Below, in pieces: positions 1 to 7,783 of a stretch of DNA of 32,000 nucleotides. Position 1 is the first letter of the stretch. Each line of letters begins with the position of its first letter. The notes beneath the pieces were generated by a model, which had not been told where the DNA came from, did not search any database, and saw only the letters and a list, made by a program, of their open reading frames with translations. A program made the translations under genes and the position numbers. The DNA lies in contig NC_009073.1 of assembly GCF_000015805.1 (NCBI RefSeq), positions 1,230,001 to 1,262,000 on the forward strand, read 5' to 3'. Source of the stretch: Pyrobaculum calidifontis JCM 11548. Its GTDB lineage: Archaea; Thermoproteota; Thermoprotei; Thermoproteales; Thermoproteaceae.

Positions 1-1
1 T

Positions 2-109
2 CCGGAGGATGTGGCAGAGGTGGTGTGGATGTTGGTAAAAGTGCCGACAATTACGGGGCAAGTGGTGGTGATAGACGCCGGCGAGATGTTAAAGGCCCAG
101 TTGCACTAG
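2..109 (+). CDS. 3' end of a short-chain dehydrogenase/reductase (SDR) family gene; the 5' part lies upstream of the window
   Basis: Frame 2 reads PEDVAEVVWMLVKVPTITGQVVVIDAGEMLKAQLH followed by TAG at 107-109. The ITGQ..IDAG tail is the typical SDR C-terminus. It is absent from the ORF track because it has no start in the window. Confidence 0.55.
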   Translation, partial: PEDVAEVVWMLVKVPTITGQVVVIDAGEMLKAQLH

Positions 110-172
110 CCGTCTGAGTCTGGCGGCTGTTTGCCATCGCCAAGTGCATAGGGAGCAGATTTGGCAAGAGTT

Positions 173-192
173 GGTTTTTCCGTGGTAAAAAG
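173..192. terminator. Candidate bidirectional terminator between the convergent SDR and acyl-CoA dehydrogenase genes
   Basis: GGTTTTTCC-GT-GGTAAAAAG: a T5 run on the + strand (175-179) and a T5 run on the - strand (187-191) that can also pair as a short hairpin. Archaeal termination commonly occurs at oligo-T tracts. Confidence 0.3.
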
Positions 193-310
193 TTCAGCGT
201 CTTACAAGGATCTAGCGGCGGGCGGCATCTGGCCACCATGCTGCACGTGGAGGGGTCTAAGGAGGTAAGATAGAGCTGTCTAGGAGTTGCGACTACGGCG
301 AGGCTTGGAG

Positions 311-1951
311 TTAGAGTGCCATCCAGCTGAGCCCCTCTGCCGCCTTCCTGGCGGTGGCTTGGTCGATGTCTTTTTTCAAGAGTTCTGTCTGTATGTAGAT
401 TTTGCCCATGGCTTGCGCCCACTCTTCGCCGAGGTCCTCTGCCCATCTTTGGAACAGCGCCGCGGCGTATAGAGTGCCGAGGGTGGAGAGGAGGCGCTTG
501 GAGTGGAACTCGACGCCGTCGTTTAACGCATAGGCGACCTCGTCTCGCGCCTGGGCAAGCGCGGCGGAGAGCTTCTGCCTAGCCTCCTGGCCTCCTATCT
601 TTGAAATCTCCGTGGAGACCTCCTCCACGTAGGCCCGCCCCGCGTCTTTTCTAAAGAAGGCCTCCGCCATGTCTAAAGACTGGATGTTGCTCGTGCCTTC
701 CCATATGGAGGTTACCAGGGCGTCTCTGTGGAGCTTCGCCAGGGGGAACTCCTCTAGGAAGCCTATGCCGCCGAGTAGCTCCATGGAGTACCTCGTCACG
801 TCTATGGACACCCACGCGGCCATGTTTTTCACAATGTGGGTCAACAGCCTCGCGTAGTGGTACGACGGGGTGTAGGGCGGCCTTTCCCTAGACGCGTCGG
901 AGAACAGCTTCGCCGCCTTCAAGGTGAGGAGGAGGGTTGCCTCTAGCTTTGCCTCCATTTCCACCAAGTCGCGGATGTAGAGGGGGTGCTCCACGAGCCT
1001 TTTCCCAAAGGCCCTCCTCTCTTGGCCGTAGAGGTAGGCCTCCCAGAGGGCCTTCCTGGCGAGGCCCAGCCCCGCTGTCGAGTTGTCTATTCTGGCTATG
1101 GTGAGGATTTCAAGCGCTATGTATATCCCAGTGTCCACGGTGCCGAGCAGATGCGCCACCGTGTCCACGAGCTCTACCTCGCCAGTGGGGACTGTGACTG
1201 TGCCAAGCTTGTCCTTTAGGCGCAGTATGCGCCAGTTGGGCTCGCCGTCTGGCCTATACGCCGGGGCGAAAAAGGCGGCGACGCCCTTGGCCCCCGGCCT
1301 CGGCGGGTGGGGCTTAGCCGTTATTATGGCCGCGTCTGCGAGACCCACGTTGCTTGTGAAATACTTAATGCCGCGTAGCCTCCACCTCCTCTCCCCCTCT
1401 TGATACGCCACAGCCTCGGTGGACCCCAAGTCGCTCCCCGCCTGCACCTCTGTGTAAAAGGTGGCGCCTAGCCACGGCGACTCGGACTTGAAGAAGTTGG
1501 GGAGGTAGTAGGCCTTCGCCTCCTCGTCGCCGTACTTGGCTAGCCCATACGCCGTCTGCTCTGTCACCGTTATTGTGCAGAAGAAGCCCGCGTCTGAGAT
1601 GACGTAGCCGCTTACGAAGTGGTAGAGCAGGTCTTGGTTTAACAAAGGCTTAGACACCACGCCGTATTTGAGGAGCTGACGTACGGCCTCGAAGTGCTCG
1701 GGGGCCACTTGGACGTAGTTTATCTCCCTGCCCCTCACGCTCCACCTCTTTAACACAGGCCGCGCGTAGTGATCTACCACATACGCCACCTCCATCATCT
1801 TCGTGGAGACGTACTGCCCCAGGTGAGACAAGTCTTCATCCCCCTCGAAGCCTATGTAGCGGAGAAAAAGCTGGAGAGGCTTGTCATCGTCGTAGTAGTT
1901 CTTGCCATAACTCAGCCAAATTTCCCGAAACATAAAGACGAGTATGCTCAT
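311..1951 (-). CDS. Acyl-CoA dehydrogenase family protein
   Basis: 573-aa ORF 311..2032. It has ACAD-like motifs (..YFTSNVG.., ..LGGIGFLEEFPLAKLHRDALVTSIWEGTSNIQSLD..). The start is trimmed to ATG 1951 (MSILVFMFREIW) because the upstream part overlaps the divergent gene. ATG 1933 (MFREIW) is an alternative, given the TATA-like palindrome at 1949-1964. Confidence 0.85.
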   Translation of the reverse strand: MSILVFMFREIWLSYGKNYYDDDKPLQLFLRYIGFEGDEDLSHLGQYVSTKMMEVAYVVDHYARPVLKRWSVRGREINYVQVAPEHFEAVRQLLKYGVVSKPLLNQDLLYHFVSGYVISDAGFFCTITVTEQTAYGLAKYGDEEAKAYYLPNFFKSESPWLGATFYTEVQAGSDLGSTEAVAYQEGERRWRLRGIKYFTSNVGLADAAIITAKPHPPRPGAKGVAAFFAPAYRPDGEPNWRILRLKDKLGTVTVPTGEVELVDTVAHLLGTVDTGIYIALEILTIARIDNSTAGLGLARKALWEAYLYGQERRAFGKRLVEHPLYIRDLVEMEAKLEATLLLTLKAAKLFSDASRERPPYTPSYHYARLLTHIVKNMAAWVSIDVTRYSMELLGGIGFLEEFPLAKLHRDALVTSIWEGTSNIQSLDMAEAFFRKDAGRAYVEEVSTEISKIGGQEARQKLSAALAQARDEVAYALNDGVEFHSKRLLSTLGTLYAAALFQRWAEDLGEEWAQAMGKIYIQTELLKKDIDQATARKAAEGLSWMAL

Positions 1952-1964
1952 ATTTATTAATATG
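1949..1964. promoter_or_regulatory. AT-rich palindromic TATA-like element shared by divergent genes
   Basis: CATATT-TATT-AATATG has 6-bp reverse-complementary arms. It is the only AT-rich stretch between the divergent ACAD and methyltransferase genes. Confidence 0.35.
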
Positions 1965-2636
1965 GGCGCCGGGGGGTCTGTGGCCCGCGACCTCTTCGAC
2001 AAGCTGGCGAGGCGGTACGACGAGTGGTACATAAGACACCGCGACCTCTACCGCGCCGAGCTTGAGGCAGTGGCGGCGCTGGGCTGCGCGGGCGGGGTGG
2101 AGGTGGGGGTTGGGTCTGGCCGATTCGCCGGGCCGCTGGGCCTCCGGGCCGGGGTCGACGTGAGCCGCGGCATGTTGAAGCTGGCGCCGCGGGAGTTAGA
2201 CCTAGTGGAAGCAGCCGCCGAGTCGCTCCCCCTCCGCCGAGGCGCCTACCCCTGCGCCCTCTTCGTCGTAACTCTCTGCTTCCTCCAAGACCCAGCCAAG
2301 GCTCTCGCAGAGGCGGCGGAGGCCGCGGAGAGGGTAGTGGCGTGTATTGTGCCAAGGGGCTCCCCCTGGGGGCTCTACTACGTGGCCCAAGCCGCCGCCG
2401 GCCACCCCTTCTACTCCCACGCCAAGTTCTACACCGTGGCAGAGGTGGTGGAGATGGCCAAGGCGGCGGGCCTGACCCCGGCCAGGGCGGTGGCTGCGCT
2501 GGAGGGAGGCCCCCCCGGCGGGTACGAGAGGCCGCGACCCGTGTCGCTTGAGGAGGCTGAGCGATACGGCTTCGCCTGCGTGGAGTTTATAAAGAGAAGC
2601 CGAGAGGGGCGGCATGAAGGTGGCGGCCGCCACTAG
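1962..2636 (+). CDS. Class I SAM-dependent methyltransferase
   Basis: ORF 1944..2636. It has a glycine-rich SAM motif (VEVGVGSGRF) and an N-terminal LFDKLARRYDEWY typical of Methyltransf_11-type enzymes. The start is uncertain: ATG 1944 or 1962, or GTG 1980 if the transcript is leaderless from the TATA at 1949-1964. Confidence 0.8.
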   Translation: MGAGGSVARDLFDKLARRYDEWYIRHRDLYRAELEAVAALGCAGGVEVGVGSGRFAGPLGLRAGVDVSRGMLKLAPRELDLVEAAAESLPLRRGAYPCALFVVTLCFLQDPAKALAEAAEAAERVVACIVPRGSPWGLYYVAQAAAGHPFYSHAKFYTVAEVVEMAKAAGLTPARAVAALEGGPPGGYERPRPVSLEEAERYGFACVEFIKRSREGRHEGGGRH

Positions 2637-3150
2637 GAACCCAAACAAGCTCAGGGCCATAAGAGAGGCCTACCGGACCTTCGGCTTCCCCGCGGAGGTG
2701 GTGCCAGTGGACAAGCCCCCCGGCGCCCCGCCCCAGCCCATCGGCCTAGACGCAGTGGCCAAGTGGGCCCTCGAAAGGGCGAGACACGCCCTAGCCGCGG
2801 CCCCGGGGGCAGACCACGGCGTGGGAATAGAGGCGGGGGTCGTGGAAGTGGCGGGCTACCACCTCGACATAACCATAGCCGCCATCGTGGACAGAGAGGG
2901 CTACGTCACCGTGGGGACAAGCCCAGCCTTCCAAATACCCACCGCCCTCCTCCACGACGTGCTACAAGGCAGAGAGCTAGGCGCCACAGCCGAGGCCCAC
3001 TACGGACGCCCGGCAGTGGGCTACAGAGAAGGCATAATTGGCCTACTCACGAGGGGAGTTGTGAAGCGGATAGACTTAAACTACGCCGCAGTCCTAATGG
3101 CCCTAACCCCCCGCCTACCACACAACGCCCCCCACTACAGAAAAGCTTAA
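2614..3150 (+). CDS. Inosine/xanthosine triphosphatase (YjjX / DUF84 NTPase family)
   Basis: 178-aa ORF starting MKVAAATRNPNKLRAIREAY..., with ..HGVGIEAGVVE.. and ..GIIGLLT.G...R... These match the non-canonical purine NTP phosphatase family as I recall it. It overlaps the upstream gene by 23 nt. Confidence 0.7.
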   Translation: MKVAAATRNPNKLRAIREAYRTFGFPAEVVPVDKPPGAPPQPIGLDAVAKWALERARHALAAAPGADHGVGIEAGVVEVAGYHLDITIAAIVDREGYVTVGTSPAFQIPTALLHDVLQGRELGATAEAHYGRPAVGYREGIIGLLTRGVVKRIDLNYAAVLMALTPRLPHNAPHYRKA

Positions 3151-3174
3151 AAACCCACAAGTTGTAAAAAGGCG

Positions 3175-3292
3175 AGCGGGGTAGGCCAGCCTGGTAGGCC
3201 GCGGGGCTCATAAAGCCCCCGCACGGGGGACGTGCACCCCCGAGGTCCCCGGTTCAAAAGGGGGACAACCCCTGAGACTCCGGGCCCCGCTA
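3175..3292 (+). tRNA. Initiator tRNA-Met (anticodon CAT at 3209-3211) with two introns
   Basis: I folded the cloverleaf by hand. Acceptor AGCGGGG/CCCCGCT gives the A1:U72 pair. The D-arm is GGCC-AGCCTGGTA-GGCC. The anticodon stem CGGGG/CCCCG carries three G:C pairs and the loop is CTCATA. A 24-nt intron lies at 3213-3236, at or next to the canonical 37/38 site. The T-arm is CCCGG-TTCAAA[20-nt intron 3259-3278]T-CCGGG. The spliced length is 74 nt and no CCA is encoded. Confidence 0.85.
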
Positions 3293-3428
3293 TATGACAC
3301 CCGCTTCCATCTTCGTCAAGATTCTCATAGTGTTATACCAAAGTTTTTACGCTTTGTAAAGAGTAAGGACGGATATTATTTTCAAGGATGTGTTCTCGGC
3401 GTAGAAGGGCACATTGCAAAAAAGTGGG

Positions 3429-4910
3429 CTAACTTTTTATCGATTCTTTCTCTATCTCATTAAGGAATTGGACTTGTATTCCGTGGCGTCTCAACTCTTC
3501 TAATCGCTTGTGGGTTAGTACAAGCAGATTTTTCTTAAGTCTGATCTTTAGGCCGATCTTATTTGCTATTTCGTAAAGTTCCGTCGCTTTACCTACGCCA
3601 ATTACGTATTCTCCGCCGCCGTTGTGATAGAACAAGTATGTATTGCCGCCTATTTCGACCTTGGCGGCCACTGGGTAATTTGTCAACGCTTCGTATAGCT
3701 GGCCGGTTTTGTCGAAGGCAGGCGTGGGCGGGGTTGGGAGCAGTAGGCGCATGTACCACTCTCTGAGGCGTATTTTTCCTCCGCCGCCTGCGGTTGCGCC
3801 GAGCGCCTTGGCCAACTCTCTCATGAGCGTTGTCTCTCCCTGTAACGTCTCTCTTGGCGTGGCCTTGGCCACTACCCTGAGCTCCACAGGCGTGATATAC
3901 CCGTCGCCGATGACCAACATGTCGACCACGTTGCTAAAGGCAATCCATGCCCCGACGTCGTTGACGACGTACATCCTGCCTTTCCTCCTAAATGCCTCCT
4001 CTCTCAGCGCCTTCAATAAAGTATAGCCCCGCATGAGTACCTCGTCCGTTTTTCCTAACACAATTCCAAAATGCTCATAAGCTACATTGATTAGCTTATT
4101 TGCCGTGCCTATCGGCCTTATATCCACAAGAGAGTTTCCAACGGCGCTTGGTTTAGCCACTTGGCGTATTGTCAACTTGAATGTCAGCGGTTCATCTGGC
4201 GTTTTCATCAACACATCCGCCGCGTATCTCGCCAGCGCCATCCAGTCGAACAGTCTCACCGCCACTTGTCCAAAGTTGCCAGCAGTGTGTCCAAATTGCC
4301 GCCTCCAGTCATCGCTCAACAGCCAGCCCAGGTTCCTAAACAATGTAACCGGCGCCCTATCCCTTCCACCTAGCAACCTAGATACTGTTTTTGGCAATGA
4401 CACTTCTAGCAATAGACGTTTGTATTCTTCATCCACGTAGTATGTCTCAGCGACTATACCTGCTTGCACAGCCTCACTCGCCAGCTCTTCCAACACTTCG
4501 TCCCTTAGTCTGTTGTCAATGGACACGTCGTCGTAGAAGACGTACAGCCTATTCCTCCGCAACACGGCTGTGGCGTATACTGGCTTTTTTAGGCGCCAGA
4601 GCACAATCTCCGTTCTTGCCTTCGTCTTCTCCTCTACGCCACCGTGTTTCTCAAGGCTCTCCACGCCCATCTGTCTAAATCTCTCCTCCACCTCTGCCAG
4701 CGCCTTTATGAGTTTTCCGCACAGCGGCGCCGTGTTCTCGATGTACTGCCACATCAGCCGTATATCGGCATCGGCGTAGCCGCAGTTGGGGCCGGAGAAG
4801 TGGCACTTTTCGCTTCTGAACTTGGCCAACTCGACGTACCGTCTATACGCCTCCAGCTGGCGTTGGCACTGCTCGCTCCACGTGGCGGCGTGTTGGCTGG
4901 GCAAGGGCAT
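3429..4910 (-). CDS. Hypothetical protein, possibly PaREP2-family (Pyrobaculum repeat protein), in a lower-GC patch
   Basis: ORF 3429..5123, trimmed to ATG 4910 (MPLPSQHAATW...) because the 5' extension runs through the AT-rich divergent promoter and into tenA. It is long, codon-consistent and has no catalytic motif I recognise. The PaREP2 assignment is a recollection-level guess. A T6 run (3416-3421, - strand) follows the stop. Confidence 0.6.
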   Translation of the reverse strand: MPLPSQHAATWSEQCQRQLEAYRRYVELAKFRSEKCHFSGPNCGYADADIRLMWQYIENTAPLCGKLIKALAEVEERFRQMGVESLEKHGGVEEKTKARTEIVLWRLKKPVYATAVLRRNRLYVFYDDVSIDNRLRDEVLEELASEAVQAGIVAETYYVDEEYKRLLLEVSLPKTVSRLLGGRDRAPVTLFRNLGWLLSDDWRRQFGHTAGNFGQVAVRLFDWMALARYAADVLMKTPDEPLTFKLTIRQVAKPSAVGNSLVDIRPIGTANKLINVAYEHFGIVLGKTDEVLMRGYTLLKALREEAFRRKGRMYVVNDVGAWIAFSNVVDMLVIGDGYITPVELRVVAKATPRETLQGETTLMRELAKALGATAGGGGKIRLREWYMRLLLPTPPTPAFDKTGQLYEALTNYPVAAKVEIGGNTYLFYHNGGGEYVIGVGKATELYEIANKIGLKIRLKKNLLVLTHKRLEELRRHGIQVQFLNEIEKESIKS

Positions 4911-5016
4911 GGGTGAGTGGCCTTGTGTGGCTTTATGGCTGTCGCTTATGCGGATGTGGGGGGTGTTTGGTGAAAGTTTTTGTTTAATGTTTTTATTTAT
5001 TCTCAATTTGTTTCTT

Positions 5017-5661
5017 ATGGGCGTTTCTGAGGTGCTTAGGGACAGGGCGTGGGGGGTCTGGGGGCGCATCTTGGAGCACCCCTTCGTGGTGGAGTTGTAC
5101 GAGGGGAGGCTCCCCGTGGACAAGTTTAGGTACTACCTGCTCCAGGACTACTTCTACCTCGTGAACTTCGCTAAGGCCCTCTCCCTCGCGGCGGCTAGGG
5201 CCCCCTCTGTGGGGCTTATGAAGCTGGCGCTTGGCTTAGCCTACGGCACTGTGACTGGGGAAATGGCCAACTACGAGGGGCTGCTGAGGGAGGTGGGGCT
5301 CTCGGTGGAGGCGGCGGCCTCGACGGAGCCCAACGAGGTGAATAGGGCTTACATGAGCTTCCTCTTGGCCGCCTGCGCCTTGGAGGGGTTCTACGAGTGT
5401 ATGGCGGCTGTCCTCCCCTGCTTCTGGACCTACTTAGACATCGCGGAACGGCACCGGGAGAGGCTTAGGGGGAACAAGGTGGACGTATACGTGAGGTGGG
5501 CCTCTACATACCTCTCCGAAGAGTACCGGCGCCTCGTGGAGAGCCTCAAGTCGGCCCTAGACAAGGGGGGCAGAGGCGCCGACGAGCTTTGGCCGTATTT
5601 CAAGGCGGCTGTGGAGTACGAGCTGGCGTTTTGGGACGCCGCGTACCGCGGGACTTCTTAA
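5017..5661 (+). CDS. tenA: TenA family thiaminase II / aminopyrimidine aminohydrolase
   Basis: The sequence reads ..ILEHPFVVELYEGRLPVDKFRYYLLQDYFYLVNFAKAL.. and ..ELAFWDAAY, which are classic TenA motifs. The start is trimmed to ATG 5017 (MGVSEVLRDRAW), downstream of an AT-rich promoter region. Confidence 0.85.
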   Translation: MGVSEVLRDRAWGVWGRILEHPFVVELYEGRLPVDKFRYYLLQDYFYLVNFAKALSLAAARAPSVGLMKLALGLAYGTVTGEMANYEGLLREVGLSVEAAASTEPNEVNRAYMSFLLAACALEGFYECMAAVLPCFWTYLDIAERHRERLRGNKVDVYVRWASTYLSEEYRRLVESLKSALDKGGRGADELWPYFKAAVEYELAFWDAAYRGTS

Positions 5662-5696
5662 GCGATGGTCTTATAGCCGCCGGTCGACATGGAGTC

Positions 5697-6341
5697 GTGA
5701 TTGTCCTTACTGAGCTGTACAACGCACTGCCAGTGGAAGGGGGCTGTGTGAGGCTGGTGGGCGGGTGGCCCCACTTGACCGAGGGGAGCTGCGCCGGCAG
5801 GTACTTGGTGGTGGAGCGGGGGCGGGGGGTGAGGGCCAGCTCCGCGGCCGTCGGCGGCGGCCCCCTGGTCTTCTTTGTCGCAGCTGGCGGGCCTCCCATG
5901 CGCTTCGTCCTCTCCGAGGGTGCTGTGAGGGCGGTGGGGGATGGGCTTGAGCTTTTCTCTGGGTTTGTGAAACGTGGCTTGTGGAGGGAGCTGGAGCCGG
6001 CGTTTTTCGCGGCGGTGGCCAGGTACGGGGCGAGGTGCTCCTACTGCACCGCCTATATGGAGGTGGCGGGGAGGGCGTCTCCGGCTCGGAGGGCTGGTCT
6101 TATTGTGTCCGTGGGCACGGCCGGCGGAGTTAGGAGAGTGGTGGTGGTTTCTGCGCCGGGGCACTCGGAGGATTTTAAGAGGGCTGTGCTTGAGGCATAC
6201 CGCTCCGCCCGCGCCATCTACGCCTTTGGGCTGGGAGTCCCAGTGGACGTGGCCCTTGACGTGTACATGCCGCCCCGCGCCAGGCCCACGGCCGAGGTGG
6301 CCCCCCTATTGCCTATTCCAGCGGCGCGGCCTCTCGCCTAA
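5697..6341 (+). CDS. Hypothetical protein
   Basis: ORF 5496..6341. I propose GTG 5697 as the start because the region upstream overlaps tenA and a TATA-like CTTATAG sits about 24 bp upstream. I recognise no family. Confidence 0.4.
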   Translation: MIVLTELYNALPVEGGCVRLVGGWPHLTEGSCAGRYLVVERGRGVRASSAAVGGGPLVFFVAAGGPPMRFVLSEGAVRAVGDGLELFSGFVKRGLWRELEPAFFAAVARYGARCSYCTAYMEVAGRASPARRAGLIVSVGTAGGVRRVVVVSAPGHSEDFKRAVLEAYRSARAIYAFGLGVPVDVALDVYMPPRARPTAEVAPLLPIPAARPLA

Positions 6342-6507
6342 GCTCCAACATCCAGGGGCTTTCCTGCCTCCACTCGCCTGGCGTATAAACGAAGAGGCCT
6401 ACCCCGGGCTCTAGGGCTTCTAGCCTCTGTAGCGTGTTCAGCCGCTCCGCGTCCTTCACAACCAACGCCACGTCTGCGACGCGGAGGATAGCCAAATCTA
6501 TCTGCAC
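6313..6507 (-). CDS. Small ORF resembling the C-terminal half of a minimal nucleotidyltransferase (possible remnant)
   Basis: 64 aa with a GTG start. ..QIDLAILR.. and ..LFVYTPGEW.. resemble the DxD-proximal strand and the ..V.TPEE(F/W) motif of Pol-beta-type NTases. The G[SG]xARG N-terminal motif is absent. Confidence 0.3.
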   Translation of the reverse strand: MQIDLAILRVADVALVVKDAERLNTLQRLEALEPGVGLFVYTPGEWRQESPWMLELRREAAPLE

Positions 6508-6527
6508 ATTTCCGCCAGGTCGCAGGG

Positions 6528-6692
6528 TTAAAAACTTGGCTGTGCAAGTCGGCAGGGGCGCCTCTTTGCGGCACGTCTGAGTAGGGGGTCTGCCACCTTG
6601 TAGAGGTCTCCCTCTTTGACCAAAAATCCCTCGTCGAGTAGCGCCTTTAGGAGCCGGGCGAGCTCTGGGTCGTGGATTACGCCGTGTTTTAT
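6528..6692 (-). other. In-frame continuation of the ATPase gene beyond its TAG stop, encoding the expected winged-helix C-terminal domain
   Basis: Directly after TAG (6693-6695) the same frame reads IKHGVIHDPELARLLKALLDEGFLVKEGDLYKVADPLLRRAAKRRPCRLAQPSF and ends at TAA (6528-6530). This is the pattern of the DUF234-type wHTH tail normally fused to these ATPases. Confidence 0.6.
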
Positions 6693-7631
6693 CTACCTCT
6701 TGATTTCGGACCAGGTGGCCCCCTCGGCGGCTGCTCTCACGATGTCCACATACCGCCCGCTGCCCCGCAGGGCGACGAAGTTGCAGAACTCACTCCACGC
6801 AAGCTCGGCGCCGGCCTCGGCCGACGCCTCAAGCGCCTCTTCTACGCTCTTCCCTGCCTTCGCATATTCCACAGCCATTAGGCCGAAGTGGGCCAGCCAG
6901 CCTATTATGCCGTCGAGCTCGTCCACGGCTCTCTCTACCACCTCCGCGCTTACCCTAACCCCGGCCGCCTCGAAGCCTCGCCGTAGGTACTCCACGGCTA
7001 AACGCCTAGGCAGAGGCTTGACCTCCACCCGCGGCGCGTATCTGCCATAGAGGGGGCTCTCCGCGTCGCTGAGCCTTAGAAATTTGTAGAGCATGCCCTC
7101 CTTCGACCCCGTAACAACGAACTTGAGCCTGGGGAGATTGTCGTAGGAGTAGGCCAAGACGGGGAGGAGGCTGGCCCCCCTGAGCTTGGCCAACTCCTGC
7201 GCCTCGTCTAAGACCACCACCACGTCGCCGCCCTCGGACTCCCCCCACTGGTTCAAGGCCTCCAATACCCGGTGCAAGATAGGCCTCCCCCGCCCCCTGG
7301 CAAACCTCACCTCAACCCCAGCCACCGAGACCCCCTCCACCCGGGAGAGAAGCTCCACAAGCCTCTTAGACAGGCCAGACACCGCCCGGCCGAGCTCCCC
7401 AAGGACGTCGTCTAGAGTTATGTACCTCCTCCACTCAAACGCCCGCAAATCGAGGTAGACCCTCCTCATGCCAAAAGTGGCGGCCTTCACCAGCGACGTC
7501 TTCCCCACCCGCCTCACGCCCACCACCACGACCATAGGCGACCTCCCCACGGCCTCTCTCAAGGCCTTAACCTCCTCTTCTCTGTCAAACAGCTCTTCCG
7601 GCCTCTCCACCGGCGTAGGCCTAAAATACAT
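6693..7631 (-). CDS. Archaeal AAA ATPase (Arch_ATPase type), ending at an apparently premature TAG
   Basis: It starts MYFRPTPVERPEELFDREEEVKAL.., has Walker A GVRRVGKTS and Walker B VVVLDEAQ, and ends ..GATWSEIKR at TAG, where homologues continue into a wHTH domain. Confidence 0.85.
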   Translation of the reverse strand: MYFRPTPVERPEELFDREEEVKALREAVGRSPMVVVVGVRRVGKTSLVKAATFGMRRVYLDLRAFEWRRYITLDDVLGELGRAVSGLSKRLVELLSRVEGVSVAGVEVRFARGRGRPILHRVLEALNQWGESEGGDVVVVLDEAQELAKLRGASLLPVLAYSYDNLPRLKFVVTGSKEGMLYKFLRLSDAESPLYGRYAPRVEVKPLPRRLAVEYLRRGFEAAGVRVSAEVVERAVDELDGIIGWLAHFGLMAVEYAKAGKSVEEALEASAEAGAELAWSEFCNFVALRGSGRYVDIVRAAAEGATWSEIKR

Positions 7632-7633
7632 AC

Positions 7634-7660
7634 CTCCCTAGTAACTAGGGAGATATAAAG
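7634..7660 (-). promoter_or_regulatory. TATA box plus a perfect 9-1-9 palindrome between TATA and the start codon of the ATPase gene
   Basis: CTCCCTAGT-A-ACTAGGGAG (7634-7652) lies 2 nt from ATG 7631. It is followed at 7653-7660 by ATATAAAG, which reads CTTTATAT on the coding strand, about 25 bp from the ATG. Confidence 0.5.
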
Positions 7661-7783
7661 CTTCCATACACTACGCCTAAAGCTCATAGCATCTTGCGAA
7701 TAGAGACAAGCTAAAGCTCCTCCACCCCGGCTCCCGCAAAATAAGGGCAGAGGAGGAAAACATGGTAGGAGGAGTGGCTCGCG

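Noticed and set aside
1957-2660. P/R/G-rich ORFs on the - strand and in alternate + frames over the methyltransferase gene
   Set aside because: These are compositional artefacts of GC-rich sequence. Only the frame with the SAM-binding motif is credible.
4786-5123. Overlapping long 5' extensions of the tenA ORF (+) and the PaREP2-like ORF (-)
   Set aside because: Both extensions run through the AT-rich divergent promoter and give implausible sequence. Internal ATGs at 5017 and 4910 give sensible N-termini.
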